Assembly: GCA_964016885.1 (NCBI GenBank) | Contig: OZ024743.1 | Location: 207,824,001-207,888,000, forward strand | Origin: Eledone cirrhosa | Lineage: Eukaryota | Direction: 5' to 3' | DNA length: 64,000 nucleotides | Shown: piece by piece, positions 27,621-42,196 of the stretch | Numbering within the stretch: the stretch's first letter is position 1 | Layout: the number at the start of each line of letters is the position of its first letter | Translations under genes and position numbers: made by a program | Notes under the pieces: generated by a model | What the model was told of the DNA's origin: nothing | Seen by the model: only the letters and a program-made list of their open reading frames with translations | The model's database searches: none

Positions 27621-29099
27621 ACATTCACACACACAACTGTTTATGTTTAAGTGCTTATATTTATCTAAAAAAAACCTTCTATTGTAATTTTATGTAAAAA
27701 AAACCTTTCTAAACACCATCAAAATAATTCTTTCTAACAGCACAAAGCCAGCAATTAATTATATCCTTTATGGATTAATTATATCCTTTGTGGCCTTCAA
27801 TGCCATTCTGTGCGACCTTAAAGCCCCTTGCGCCCTTCTATGCCACTCTGTGTAGCCTTGAGGCCCCTCGCGCCCTTCTATGCTATTTTGTGTTGCCTTG
27901 AGGCCCCTTGCGCCCTTCTATGTTATTCTGTGCGGCTTTTTGAAAGAATCAAAAATTTCCAACAAATTTTTAATTTTTATTAATGTTTTTGTGTCTCATT
28001 TTTATTTAAACCACTTATTGCTGTGAATCTACATTCTCCTACCTAACCAAAATTAAGACACCTTTGAGAATACACAAATGGCAAATGCCCATCTCGAGGT
28101 TCATTTGAAACTTTGGACCTCCAAGTTGCAACCAAATATCAAAATTCTTTCCTACAATAAGTAGCCACAACAGAGTCATTAAAAGGTATTTAGCTTTAAA
28201 ATAAATTTTCTTCCATTTTTTTAGATAATTAGTACATAGTAATTAGATCTTTTTACAAAATAATGTATATTTTAAGAATTTATAATTATGGTTTCTTAAA
28301 TGTGGCCTTATTATATTACAAGTAACTTAATGTGGCCTTTCAACATAAAAGTGTTCCCCAGCTCAGGGCTATACCAAAACTCAGTACTTTACTAGAGCTT
28401 TCTATTCTTTATTCGTATTTTGCTTTATCAACCTGGACAAATGAAAGGTGAAGTTGAGTTCAGCAGGATTTGATCTTAGACTGTACTGGAATAAATACCT
28501 TAATTATATTTTAGCTGATCTATGCCCATCTAATGCTGAAGGTGGTGCATTACTGCACATAATTCAGCCTCCTGCCTTCCATCACTTGTGAACATAGCCC
28601 CAAGATACTTGAACTTCTCCACCTGCTTCAGTAGAACTCCGTTCACATGTTAAGTGGCACTACGCAGGCTTCCTTAAGCCAGTATTTTTGTTGATGTTCT
28701 AATTATTATCCCCAACTAATGCCTAAACACCATCTTGATAATTGTTTCTGATTCAGGCACAAGGCCAACAATTTGTGGAGAAGGGAAAGATACTTGAACT
28801 TCTTCGCCTGCTTCAGTAGAACTCCATTTCCATGAAGAAAAGTCCCCATCCCCCAAATTCGATGACAAGGCATTGGTCAGCCCACGGCTATAACAGAAGA
28901 CACTTGCCAAAAGTGTTATGTAATGAAACTGAACACGGAACCACATGGTTTACACAGACATCACTGTGCAGACAATTATAATTACTTGTGATGATTAAAT
29001 TTTGCACGTTTTAAATTTAAAATTTCTATTCAATTTCCAACTTAAACATAACAGCTTTACAACCCCCATCAACATCATCATCATCAATGTCATCGTTAT

Positions 29100-29320
29100 T
29101 GGCAGGATTGGCAGTAATCGGTAGAGCATAAAACACCATGCTTTGCAGCATAGAGTTATGTCTCTTTATGTTCTGGGTTCAAATCCTGCTGAGGTTAGCT
29201 TTGCCTTTCATCCTTATGAGGTCAATAGATTAAAGTACCAGTAATGCACTGAGGCGATTTGATTGGCTTTCCACTCCCCTTCAAACTGCTGGCCTTGTGT
29301 CTATAGTAGAAATAATAATT
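29100..29320 (+). mobile_element. SINE family A copy
   Basis: GGATTGGCAGTAATCGGTAGAGC head, GGTTCAAATCC B-box, shared core and tail. Confidence 0.85.
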
Positions 29321-29578
29321 ATTATTGTTGTTGTGATTACAATTTTATTTGAAATTAGATTCCTCTTAAGTTTCTTTTACAGTTCTCCCTCCCCCTCTTC
29401 TTATTTTCTCATTTAGAGATAAGAATAAAAAAGGGAGAAAAGTAAAGAGAACTAGAGAGGGGGTGGGGGGCTCAACAGAGTAGATAGAGTATAAGTGTAT
29501 GAGAGAGGGAAAAATCTAGAGAGTAAATAGGGTGTATGAGAGGGAGAGGATATAGAAAGAACAGAGTGTATTGCGAGC

Positions 29579-29615
<37 letters not shown>

Positions 29616-30046
29616 ACTGGTTCTTCATAAGTCTCAGAAAATGGAAATAAATTGATAAAAATGGCAATAATGATAATAATATTGATATAAAGTGAGGCAA
29701 AATAAATAGGAAAGGGAATTGGTAAAGTGCCAGGTCAGCAAAAAGATTTATGAGTTCTAATCATTGATTCTGTAGAGAAAGCAAATAGGGTAAGGAGTAA
29801 AAGATAAGGGTGGAAGTGTAGGGGTGTTAAGATGCTGGGACTCCAGCTAAATGAGAAGATAGTCTCCTTATCTTCCACCAAACCCCTTAAAAATACAATT
29901 ATTTTCTCTAAAATGCTGTAGAAGCAGTGGCTCTTCTCCAAGAAATGTGGTATTCTGCAGGAGAAATACAGAATATGTATTCGTGTATTCAACATAGTTA
30001 ATGTGGCATGGCGCATCAAGATAAGATTAAATATTGTTGAATAAAG

Positions 30047-30345
30047 TTTCTTAGAGAAAGATATGCTATGTTTGGGGACATGGCATGGCCATGTGATTAA
30101 GAAGTTGACAGGGTTTCTTAGAGAAAGATATGTTATATTTGGGGACATGGCATGGCCATGTGATTAAGAAGTTGACAGGGTTTCTTAGAGAAAGATATGT
30201 TATATTTGGGGACATGGCATGGCCATGTGATTAAGAAGTTGACAGGGTTTCTTAGAGAAAGATATGTTATGTTTGGGGACATGGCATGGCCGTGTGGTTA
30301 AGGGATTTACAGTGTTTCTTAGAGAAGGATACGTTATGTTTGGGG
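30047..30345. repeat. 67-bp x ~4.5 minisatellite containing a SINE-head-like motif
   Basis: Period 67 (30050, 30117, 30184, 30251, 30318); contains GGCATGGCCGTGTGGTTAAG, similar to the SINE-B A-box head. Confidence 0.85.
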
Positions 30346-31986
30346 TCCATAGTATCGGAGTTGTGATCTCTCAATTTGGAGAAATACCGACAGTATACCT
30401 GGAGTGACACTGATCTCCAAGCTATGCACTTTATCAAGTAATGTTACTCCAAAGAACCTTAAGAAGAACCTCATTTCAGCTGCTTGCATTTGTGATCGTA
30501 TGAAGATTCATGATCAGAGGTAAGGGTTGGTATGAATACTGAATTGAAGATAGCGAGTTTGGCTTTTTTTTAAAATAACATTTTAAGATCAAAATAAATA
30601 AATTGTGAAATGAGTTGTAAAATGTATGAGATTAAAACTTATAATAAAATAGAAGAAAGGAGTTGATCATCAGATGACACCAATGAAACAATGTTTCCAT
30701 TGGTCTTTCCATTGCTGATACTATCTACTGGTCGCAACTCCTGGCAGATGGAGCCCTGTGAAATGAAGTGACTTGCTTAAGAACATAATGCATTACCTGG
30801 TACAAATAAAAACCTACAACCTAATTTAATTACACTAATTAGATTCAAGTACAGGTAAAATATGAAATATATCATTTTTTTTTTTCTAACGATTGATTCC
30901 ACTCACCAAATAGGGTGGAACTCATCAGAGCAGACCAAGGAAACAATGTTTTCATTGGTCTTTCCATTGCTGATACTATCTACCAATAGCAACTCTTGGC
31001 AGAAAAAGCAATGTAAAATAAAGTGTCTTGCTCAAGGACATAATACATCCAGGCACAAGTGCAGGAATCAAACTCAAAACTTCATGATTGTAAATCCAAT
31101 TCTCTAACCACTAAGCCATATGTCTTTACTAACAATTAGAACAAACAATATCATCATTGCCATCACTATTGTCCTTTAAATAACACCACACTATTTTAGA
31201 AAATGACATATTAGATAATGTAATTTGGGGCTCCCTAGCCAAGCAAACAATGCACTTATCTACCTTTATTTATTCATCCAAAACTTGTTAAGCTGTATAG
31301 AGGACTTGCACAAGAGATGTTGCTACTCATTTATACACACTATAAATATTATATATAGTGTAAAAGGTAAAGGCCCTTTGGTCATGAACAACTATGGGAT
31401 TTGCACTTAGAAAGTTCCCTCCGAGACACAAGTTCGGGCAAAGTTGTTTGTGGAAGACCAGCAGTCACCCATGCATACCAGTCTCCCTTCTCCACACTAC
31501 CAATGTTGTTCAAGAGAAAGGTAATGGCTGATACAGCTTGGCACCAGTGCTATTACAACTCATTTATACAGCGGGGTAAACTAAAGCAACGTGAAATAAA
31601 GTGTCTTGCTCAAGGACACAACACACCTCTTGCTCTGGGAATCAAACTCACAATGTGACAATTGTAAGCCCAATGCTCTAACCACTAAACCTTCAAACAT
31701 ACACACATATATATGTATCCGCTCCAACCTGCCCTTCCATACATCTCCCACACATATAGTGAAGCCTCTGGCCCACACTGTAAAGTGGTGATGTAGGCGT
31801 CACAACAAAAAGCCCCACTACTCACTGTAAATGCAGTTGGCGTTAGGAAGAGCATCCAGCTGTAGAAGCCACACCAAAATCAGTTCTGTGTGAGCAAGAC
31901 ATGGTCATCAGACCTAGCATTTCTCACAACAGGACAACGCGTCTAGCTCATGTTAGTGTGAAAAAATGGATGTCAAACAGTGATGA

Positions 31987-32085
<99 letters not shown>

Positions 32086-32092
32086 TATATAT

Positions 32093-32135
<43 letters not shown>

Positions 32136-32733
32136 TATATATAATGCTTGCAATACTAGATGCAAAAATTAAAAAAAAATATATAGAAGACAAGTAAAAA
32201 TGAATTGATAAGAATTATTTGACAAAATGGCAGCAATGGGACTTATTTCTTTATTTGTTAAGTCTGTAAATTGTTTCTCTATGTTCTGTCTAATTCTAAT
32301 ATCTTAACACATATCAAGATTAATTATGCCAGCTGTTATCTTGTTGAAGAGAGACAAAAACGAAATGAAACGGGGGGGGGGGGGGGACTAGGTGGAAGCA
32401 ATTCATCTGTTGTTGAGTGACATAGAACTTGTCTTGAGAAAGTAAAAGAGAAAAAAATGAATTCCTTCCACCAATATTATCAGACACCAATCCTGTATCA
32501 GTGTATGAGTGTGTGTAGGTGTGACTGTGTGCGTGCATGTGCATCTACATACATTGTGTTTAAGTGAGTGTATCTATGTACGTATATGTGTGTGTGTATA
32601 CATACATACACGTATATCTAAACTGCTCAGCTCCCTTGACTTTCTTTCCTACTTATTAACCCTCCAATGTTATATTTGTATGTATTATGTGCAGACATAT
32701 ATATATAATTATGTCTGTAAGCTTGTGTGTGTA

Positions 32734-32787
<54 letters not shown>

Positions 32788-32857
32788 TGTCTGTAGGTTT
32801 GTGTATGTGTGTGTGTATATATATATAATTATGCCCGTAAGCTTGTGTGTGTGTGTG

Positions 32858-32895
<38 letters not shown>

Positions 32896-33281
32896 AAACC
32901 AGGTGGACCATAACACACCAGAGTACTCAATACTTAGGGTAGTAGAGTGGGTAATAGGAAAAGAGTCAAGACCCCGACAGATTTGAACGGATCTAGCTGT
33001 CGAAACGGCCGGAGCTCAGCCGTCGGGGTCCTGAATACGCACCTGTGTTTTTTCTTCCCCCACCCCCGGTTCCTTCCTCTTCCCACTCTTTATCTTTCTA
33101 TTTTATCTTCTATTTCTAACTATCTTCTGATGAAGGACTAGTGCTATTTCAAGCGTTAAACTAATAGATTTCTTCAATGTACTGTGTCATTTGCTTTGTT
33201 ATTTTTGTTTACTTTTTACATACATATATCTCTATCATCATCCTCATTGTTTAACATTCATTTTCCATGCTAGCAAAGGTA

Positions 33282-33341
<60 letters not shown>

Positions 33342-33599
33342 TATATATTAGTTACATTAATTTTATAGATAACTCTAATTAATTTATTCAATATTGCCAC
33401 TACATCACTAAATCTGTATGAAAGTACTCGGTTTCCTGAAGTCATTTCAGTTAATATTGAGTAAGTTAGGCTGTGGCATATGTGCACAGAGCATTTCGTG
33501 GTACTGTGATTTTTTAAATCAGTATATATTATGCATATATATATATATGTGTATGTGTATATATATATGATATGTGTGTGTATGTGTATATATATCAAA

Positions 33600-34500
33600 G
33601 TAAAAACCTAACCACGATGTCTGGAGGTTTTGGCTTGTATTCGGCAAACCTTTCCAAGGGTGTATTAAGATATGAAGAATTTTTCTCAAATTTATGTAGG
33701 AAGCCATTTGAAGGAATCTGCAAGTCGGACAACACCTTCCAACGAGTTAAGTAACACCTTGTCATCTGCAACTTCCAGCCAAGTAATTTTACATCCAACT
33801 GTCATGGCACCACTTTCGACCCGGCTGCACATGTAAATCCTATCCATGAAAATGACCAAATGCTGAAACAAGTGCATTACTGCACCAGCTCCTGCAATTC
33901 TTGTATTTACTTCAGCCTCCTGCCTTCCATCACCCATGAACACGGTCCCAAAATACTTGAACTTTTCTACCTGCTTCAGTAGAACTCCATTTACATGTAG
34001 AGTGCACTGTGTAGGCTTCCTTGAGAGGATGAGTGTCTCAGTTTTCACAGCAGATTTTCATCCCAGCCATGCAGCACTCAGCATCAAACCTATCATGTGC
34101 ATGTCAGAGATCACCTTTAATCAAGTTAAGTAACACCATGTCATCTGCAAATTCCAGCTGACTAATTTCACAGCCGCCAGTCGTGAAACCACTTCCAACC
34201 CAACTATGCCTGTCAATCTTGTTCATGATGATTATAAACAGGCGAGGTGACAGTATGCACCCCTGGCAGAGTCCGACACCCACATTGAATGATTTCGACA
34301 TAGCACAATTTAGCCCAACACAAATACTAAGTCATTCATATAGACTTCAGTGCAACAAGAAGCTGTCGTCGATCTACATACTCCTACAGAACCTTACACA
34401 ACAGGTTCCATGGAACATGGTTATATGCTTTTCTGAGGTACACAAAACAAGTTTACACTTCTTGGCAACACTCCCACAATTTCTCAAAGACCTGCCACAG
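33600..34500 (-). mobile_element. Degraded RTE-type LINE RT fragments
   Basis: GVGLCQGCILSPRLFII...LEFADDMVLL and LKQVEKFKYFG...EVNTRIA; related fragment at ~28530-28680. Confidence 0.85.
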
Positions 34501-34689
34501 AGTGAATAATTTATTTAATAAAGTATGGGATGTATGTTTTTGGTACACACACACACTTATATATATGTACATACACACACACACATATATATATATATAC
34601 ATATATGTACACACATATATATGTACATACATGTACATATATATGTACACATGTGTACATATACATATGTGCACATATGTATATCTCTG

Positions 34690-35006
34690 GATGAAATGGC
34701 TGACCAGAGACGGCTTGAGTCTCGAAGTCAGCATCTCGGCTGCAGAGGCAGCGGATCCGGAGGAGTTGGGAGTAGGGAATGGAGTGTTTGGTGTGTGTGT
34801 GTAGGGTGGGAAGAGGAGAAGTCGAAGTAGGAGTAGGAGTCGGTGGGTTTGAAGAAGGCAGAGGTGACGAGGGAGTGGTGGGTGGGGTCGATGGCAACAG
34901 AGATGTCCAGGAAGTGGACGTGGGAGGTGGAGATAGAGGTGGTGAAGGGGTGGAAGGAGCAGAAGAAGGAGAGAAAGGAGTCAAGCTGTTCTTGGGTGAG
35001 GGTCAT
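34690..35006 (-). mobile_element. Penelope-like element RT C-terminal fragment
   Basis: VHFLDISV...FKPTDSYSYFDFSSSHP...KHSIPYSQLLRIRCLCS, typical PLE RT thumb/linker; frameshifted. Confidence 0.85.
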
Positions 35007-35344
35007 GGCTCCGATCAGAACAAAATGCCTTTCCCTTCAGCGTTGTGTCAGAATCTCAATATTAGTCATTAAATGAACTGATAGTGTGTAAGATTTATTC
35101 ATTGTAACTCATTATAAATTCAATGACTCCTTTGATTGGTCACTTTGCCAGCATCTGATTGGTTACTTTGGTGAACTTACTTATGTGGTCACTTCTACAT
35201 TATGAATTTGTTTATTATGACCACTTTTTGTTTTATTATGTCAACTATATTTCACAAACAGAAGTTACATCAGAAGGAGTTGCCATCAGTGATATGAAGA
35301 ACTGGACCCTATATCACCCAGAAACCGGCTAGTTGCTTTAACCA

Positions 35345-35548
35345 TTAGCCCTTTAGCATTTGAACCGGCCATATCCGGCCGGAATTCTCTCACCTCTTTC
35401 TGTTCAAACCAGCCGTTCATACTTAGGTTAAGGTATTGTTCTCAAAATAAATAACATCAAAATCTCAGATTCGATATTATGTGAAATAAAGTGTTTACCA
35501 TGAAAATGCAATATTAAATATAGAGTAATGTGAATGCTAACGGGTTAA
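35345..35548. mobile_element. ~200-bp TTAA-type MITE carrying a single copy of the 60-bp satellite unit
   Basis: TTAG-CCCTTTAGCATT...AATGCTAACGGG-TTAA; reverse complement of ~35478-35538 aligns to the satellite monomer. Confidence 0.8.
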
Positions 35549-36052
35549 ACTAAGAAGTCGTGATATTCTAAATTATGTTATAAAGATCAAGTTATGTTGA
35601 ACGCTTACAGATAATTTTATATTAATATATACACACACACACACGTACATTTGGATATAAACATACATATATGTGTGCGTGTGTATCACACATATATAAA
35701 CGCACACATACACACTAAACTAAAACATACAAACTGACTGACATAGCTATGGAATATACCTCTGTTGGTTTCAATGAGATTTCCAGTTGTTTAATCAACA
35801 GAACATCCTGCTCATGAAACTAATGTGGAAGTGGCTGAGTATTCCACAGACACATGTACTCTTAACATTATTCTCAGATTCAGCATGACATAGTGTGTGA
35901 CAATAGTTTCCATCTACCCAAAGTATCACACGTGAACCTGAGGCTATGGTATAACACTTGACCAAGATGTCACAGTGGGATTGAATCTGGAATTGTCAAG
36001 TGAACTTCTTAACTGTTTATATGCACATGTGCATGTGTGTGTGTGCATGTGC

Positions 36053-36103
<51 letters not shown>

Positions 36104-38458
36104 CATAATGTGTCCATACTCACATATGTAGACAGATATACAGACACACACCTGCACATATACATTTATTTAATCAATTTAAACGTCCGTATAGAGCTAG
36201 TAAGGCATGGCAGACTAGGGGGAAATATTGAGTACTTCCTACAATTGAGAAACAAGATATACAGAGATAAGGAAATATAAAAATAAGATTAAAAAATTAA
36301 ATAGGGAAGGCCAATGGGAGACAAAATAAACAAAAAGAGAATGTAAAATATAGTGTAAAACAGCAAAACTTAGCAATTTAACAAATATAGAATAATTAGG
36401 TAGTCTATATCTAGTCTAAAGTCTGTCTCAAATCAGTTTGGTGGTGTGAAGCAGTAGAGAGTACAAGACTTCTACGGTGGACAGGACGTCAGTCCATCAC
36501 AAGGTTAAAGTCTGTCTCAAGCCAGGATCCCCATTAGGCTGGTACTTGTCCAGATTTCATAGTGGGAAGCGACTACGAGCACAAGACTCCCTGCCTCTGG
36601 ACAATTGCTGGTACTCAGCTGAGTATACTGAAGCAACGTGAAATGAAGTGTTTTGCTCAAGAACACAACACACAACCCAGCCCAAGAATCGAACCCACGA
36701 CACTAGTGTGGAGAAGGGCACCATCAGGCAGTCTAAAGTCCATTGAAATAACATGTCAGATTGGTCCAAGTGTGGAAAACAACAATTACAGACAGGCAAA
36801 TATTCTCGGGTCTCCGCTATTTAAGTCTTCAGAGTTACCCCTCCCGCCGCTTATTAAATTTTGCTAATCTATCTTCAGCGAAATTTAATTTTAAGTGGTA
36901 GCATTCCTGCGACAATTAATTTTCTTTATACATTAAAAAACATTACTAGAAATCCCATACATTATAAAATAAATACAATGAGTTGGGGTCTCAATATGTA
37001 AACTAAACGACTAATTCTAGTTTTTGTTTTTGTTTTTTTTAATCAACGGAGACAACCTAGAAAAATTACCACCACACCTAGCTTATTCCAACTGCCTCCT
37101 ATTATTTGCGACCCGAGAACCACACACTGTATGTTGGATTTCTGTTGGTTCCAACGATGTGTGTTCCAGTTAGATTCAATCAATGAAACAGCATACTCGT
37201 GAAGCTAACGTGTATGTAGCTGAGCATCCCCACAGACACGTGTACTCAGTCATTCAGCATGAAATACAGTGTGACAAGGCTGACTCTTTGAATTACGGGT
37301 ACAACTAATGTTTTGCCAGCTGAATGGGCTGGAACAATGTAAAGTGAAGTACATTGATGAAGGACACAGCACGCCACGAGGGATCGAAACTTACGACTTT
37401 AAAATCATGAATCGAACATCCTAACCACTAAACCACTCCACTTCACCACTAAACCACTCCACTTCACCACTGTGGATACAATAAAGGTCAATTACTGAAA
37501 AATAGATAGACACACACACACAAATACACACACCACATACAAACACGCACGTACACACACCACAAACACGCAGTATTAATGAAGGTAGCTGATAGTACAA
37601 TTCATCATCATCATCATCATCATCATCACACTCCGTTATTTTCTATTTCAGACAGGCGAGGCAAGGGTGAAGGAAAGGAAGATCTATCATATATAGTTAG
37701 TTGTTCAGCTTCAAACGTCCCACCCCGACCACCAGCACCACCCCATACCATATCCCACCCTTCTATTTGTACTTTATAGCTCATCTTAACAACAGGCAGA
37801 ACGTGCAGCTGAACAAACAGCAATTTACAGTCTCAACAATACAACGTCTCTTTAACGGTAACAACACACACATACATACATACATACAAACACACAAACA
37901 TACAAGCGCGCGCGCGCACGCACACACACACACACACAGACGGACACACTAACACAAACAAATACAGAAACACACATCAACTAACCAATTATGATCTTCT
38001 ATATCAATTTACAAATAGAAAATTGTTCAATGTATACTCGCTTTCGTCTTCTTAAAGTGCTACTTGCTCCATCTCTCTCTATATGTATGAATATATATAA
38101 TATATATACAGTAATTGTTTCTACTTTTTGGGCACAAGGCTACTAATTAGCCAGTGCATTACTGGCACTTTATTTTATCGACCCTGTAAGGATGAAAGGC
38201 AAAGTTTAACCTTGGCGGGATTTGAACTCAGATCATAAAGGGCCATAAATCTAAAATCCAAAGAAGACTCGATAAGGGTTTCTGCTTTCACTTTTAATCT
38301 GCACTAATAATTTATATATATATATATATATGACAAACTCAATCAGAATATTCAAAGGAACCTTATGCAACGAAAGCCTACTACCAAAACTATATCTCAC
38401 CACATGTAACTATCTCTACAAGACTGCATGGGGTTCTAACATTATTGGCCCCACCATA

Positions 38459-38622
<164 letters not shown>

Positions 38623-39813
38623 GCGTGTGTGGCTGAGTGGTTAGAGAATTGGATTCGCAATCGTAAGGTTGTGAGTTCGATTCCTGGACCAGGTGATGCG
38701 TTATGTCCTTGAGCAAGACACTTTATTTCACGTTGCTCCTTCTACCTGGAGTTGCGACCGATAGATAGTATTAGCAATTGGAAAGACCGACGGAAACATT
38801 GTTCCCTCGGTCCGATTTGACGAAAGTCGATCGTTCCTAAAATATATATATATGGCAAACTGGCATAAACCTTCCTAAGTACTCTGTTTCTTGAAGCCAC
38901 CTGGTGTTACTGCTGCTTTGGGAAACTCCGATGTATCTTATATAACATAATATATTTACTTCCACGTTTACATATTGAGGGCTGTTTCTTTAGTAATTAC
39001 AAGCCCACATTCAGGCAACTATATATATATCATCATCATTGTTGTTTTAACGTCTGATTTCCAAGCTAGGTTGGACAACTCCATATAGACCAAGTCAGTA
39101 CTGAAGCAGACTAGGGACCTGTGCGCTTATGCATGGTGGTGCTGATGAAGATGATGATGGTGGTTATTCAGCTTGACAGTGAATGACAAGGTTGGCCCTT
39201 GACATAGATCTACGTGAGGCTATAGTAAATAACATTTGCCGAAGTTCGAAAGTCTGGCTATGTTATGTCCAGACCTTTGATGAAAGAGCTGCAAATTTGT
39301 TGACTGTCAATATCACACTGAAAGCAAAGGTTCTCTTCTGATCACCAAAGATAAGCACCATTCAGCCTAAGTCAGTACTTAGATTAGTAACGACTTGGTA
39401 AACCTAGGAAAATTAACAAAGAGAGGACAAGACAACGAACGAAAACAAGGCAAAACGAAAACAATTTTTTTAAAAAGAAGAAATCTTAAAAAATTGTTTA
39501 AAAAAATAAAGATACAAACGAAAGACAGGTCTTCGGCAGTTTCGACCCCTACCAACAGTACTGCCGGTCCACTCGGGTTCACTGCGTCTGACACAAGCCA
39601 AAACGCTGTCCATATAGTAAGAGACAAGATGCGACACAAACCACAACAGAAACAAACCTTCCACCTAAATTTTACTTTTGAAAAGCATAAGAACTGTGAA
39701 ACCGGTAAAGTAAATAAATATTTTTAAAAGACTCCAGTTGCATTTTCAATTTCTTTTCCTTATACTTTCATCCGTGTAGAAGATCTGGGTTTTTTTAAGA
39801 AAACCCTCATTTT

Positions 39814-39855
<42 letters not shown>

Positions 39856-39889
39856 CACATGCATATATATATATATATTTTTTATGTAT

Positions 39890-39946
<57 letters not shown>

Positions 39947-40745
39947 CATATATATTTATATACATACATACATATATACATGATGGCTTCCCCCTCGTTA
40001 TCGAGTATGGCCATTGTACGATATAACATTATTAATAATAGCAGAAAAAACACCCTTTGGGTGGTTTTCTGCTAGCATGTGTAGTGTGTATATTGATGTT
40101 ATACGCAAGTATATATACATGTAGATATGATACGTCAAATAAAATAGTAATTGACAATATACACAGAAACTGAAGAGAGACTGTGTTACACTGTCTTATG
40201 TAATCAGTAGCGTAATCCATGATACATTTTAAAAAAAGACGATATTATATATAAACTGCATTAGGAGAAAATTAGTGACAGAAAATGTTTATTTAACCGA
40301 TCGCCACCGGAAGTGTTGACATTTGAAAATTTTAAAGAAGTGAATCTTTAAATAAATAATGGCAAAGGTATCACATAAAACAACCTGTGTTATTTTATGT
40401 GATATCTTTGCCATACAGTAATTATATATGCCTAGTACCATTGCTTGTTTCCTACCTAGCTGTCCTGTATATGCCTAACGCATTTGCACTCTATACGCTT
40501 GCATATGTACTGCTAATGTCCTCGTTTTACGAGTAACTTTCTGCCTTATTATACTATTCTCTTGGAATCTCTGTCACATGCATTCCACTCTGTGCCTCTT
40601 TAATTATTATACAATTCTCTTGTAATCTCTGTCACATCCATTCCACTCTGTAAATATGAAACTGTTGATGACAACATTAATATCCATGTATCTATATGAT
40701 TATTCAGTTGAATAGGAAGTTAATTATATGTCCAAAAGTTGCTAG

Positions 40746-40792
40746 TGCTCCGATGATTCCAAACGAAAGTTTGGAAGAAACGATTGTCAGCA
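40746..40792 (+). ncRNA. Minimal type I hammerhead ribozyme motif with variant core CCGAUGA
   Basis: TGCT-CCGATGA-TTCCAAAC-GAAA-GTTTGGAA-GAAA-CGATTG-TC-AGCA: stems I-III present, GUC cleavage triplet. Confidence 0.7.
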
Positions 40793-40851
40793 ATAAGATG
40801 TTTTGAACATAGTTTTGATTATTGTATAATTTACATATATATATATATGTA

Positions 40852-40996
40852 CTAGCAGAATGGCTCGGCGTTGCTCGGGATTTGCTATAGGGTTCTTATA
40901 TATTTGTATATATTTATCCTTATCGAACCTCGTGAAATAAATACGTTTGTTTATATTTTGTTATTGTGTATGCAAAAATATCTGTCCATAAATATA

Positions 40997-41060
<64 letters not shown>

Positions 41061-42196
41061 TAACAGACTAAAGTTTAAGCAAAGAATCACTGCTTTCACC
41101 CTTAACGGGATATTCTACCTAAAAGCAGTATGAAGTCCATACACTAAGACTAATTGATGTAATCTTTGGCCTTGTTTGTTTATATTTTGTTTTTGTGTAT
41201 GCAAAAATATCTGTACACGAATATCTATATTAAAATAACAAGCATACGTTAAGACGGGCGTTCCGGAAAGTGAAAGTAATTTTTGACAATGTGAATTTGT
41301 TTGTTTTCTTTTTTACAACAGGTCTCAATAGTGAAAGTTACGATACACACGCAATTGTATGGATTTCTTAATATATATATGTGTGGGTGTGTATATGTGT
41401 GTACACTGTGAATTTGTTTGTTTATTTACAACAGGTCTCTATAGTGATATGGTGTTAATTAGTATTGCGTGTTGTTTATTTACAACAGGTCTCTATAGTG
41501 ATATGGTGTTAATTAGTATTGCGTGTGTGATTATTTTTTCTTTAGATAGACGTTAAACGATGATGATGACACAAACACATATATATATATACATACAGAC
41601 ACACATATATATATATATATTAAGAAATCCATACAATTGCGTGTATATCGTAACTTTCACTGTAAAAACAAAAACAAATTCAGTGTTGTCATGTCAAAAA
41701 AATTTACTTTCACTTTCCCGAACGCCCGTCTTAACGTATGCCAAAATAACATATTAATGTTTAAGCAAAGAATCGCTGCTTTCAACCTTAACGGGATCTT
41801 CTTAAACTAAAAAAATCAATCTGGAAAACAGGAAGACGATACTTTGGTTCGTGAAGATGTTCCTTGGCATAAGAATATATACCCTGGCATAAGAATATAT
41901 ACACACACTGATCGCGTCATAATGACGTAATGCAGACAGTCAGGCATACAGACAGATATTATGAAGGCGCGACGTCATATCTATGTATCTATCTAAAAAG
42001 AGAAAGACTAAGAGAAAGAGATCGCTAAATCGCCTAATGCAGTCCCTAGGGCATTGAAAATTTGAAATTTTTTTTTGCTCAAAACACTTCCGGGGTCATA
42101 CGAGTTACATGTATAAAGTTTGAAAAAAACCGGTTGGGTACTTCTCGAGTTTTAGGGAAACAGACACACAGACATCCTCTGTTTTATATATATAGA
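40852..42196 (-). mobile_element. Non-autonomous Helitron-like element with a nested MITE
   Basis: On minus: 5' TCTATATATATAAAACAGAGGATGTCTGTGTGTCTG and 3' CCCGAGCAACGCCGAGCCATTCTG-CTAG. Confidence 0.7.
41241..41742. mobile_element. Mutator-like MITE with long TIRs and 9-bp TSD
   Basis: GCATACGTTAAGACGGGCGTTC.../...GAACGCCCGTCTTAACGTATGC; AAAATAACA duplicated at 41232-41240 and 41743-41751. Confidence 0.8.

Noticed and set aside
35260-35340. Further hammerheads (also ~39520-39600 minus, ~47560-47690, 48310-48385 minus)
   Set aside because: GAAA and partial stems are present but there is no intact CUGANGA with matching stems
40305-40316. ETS-like ACCGGAAGTG promoter motif
   Set aside because: Single short motif with no supporting context
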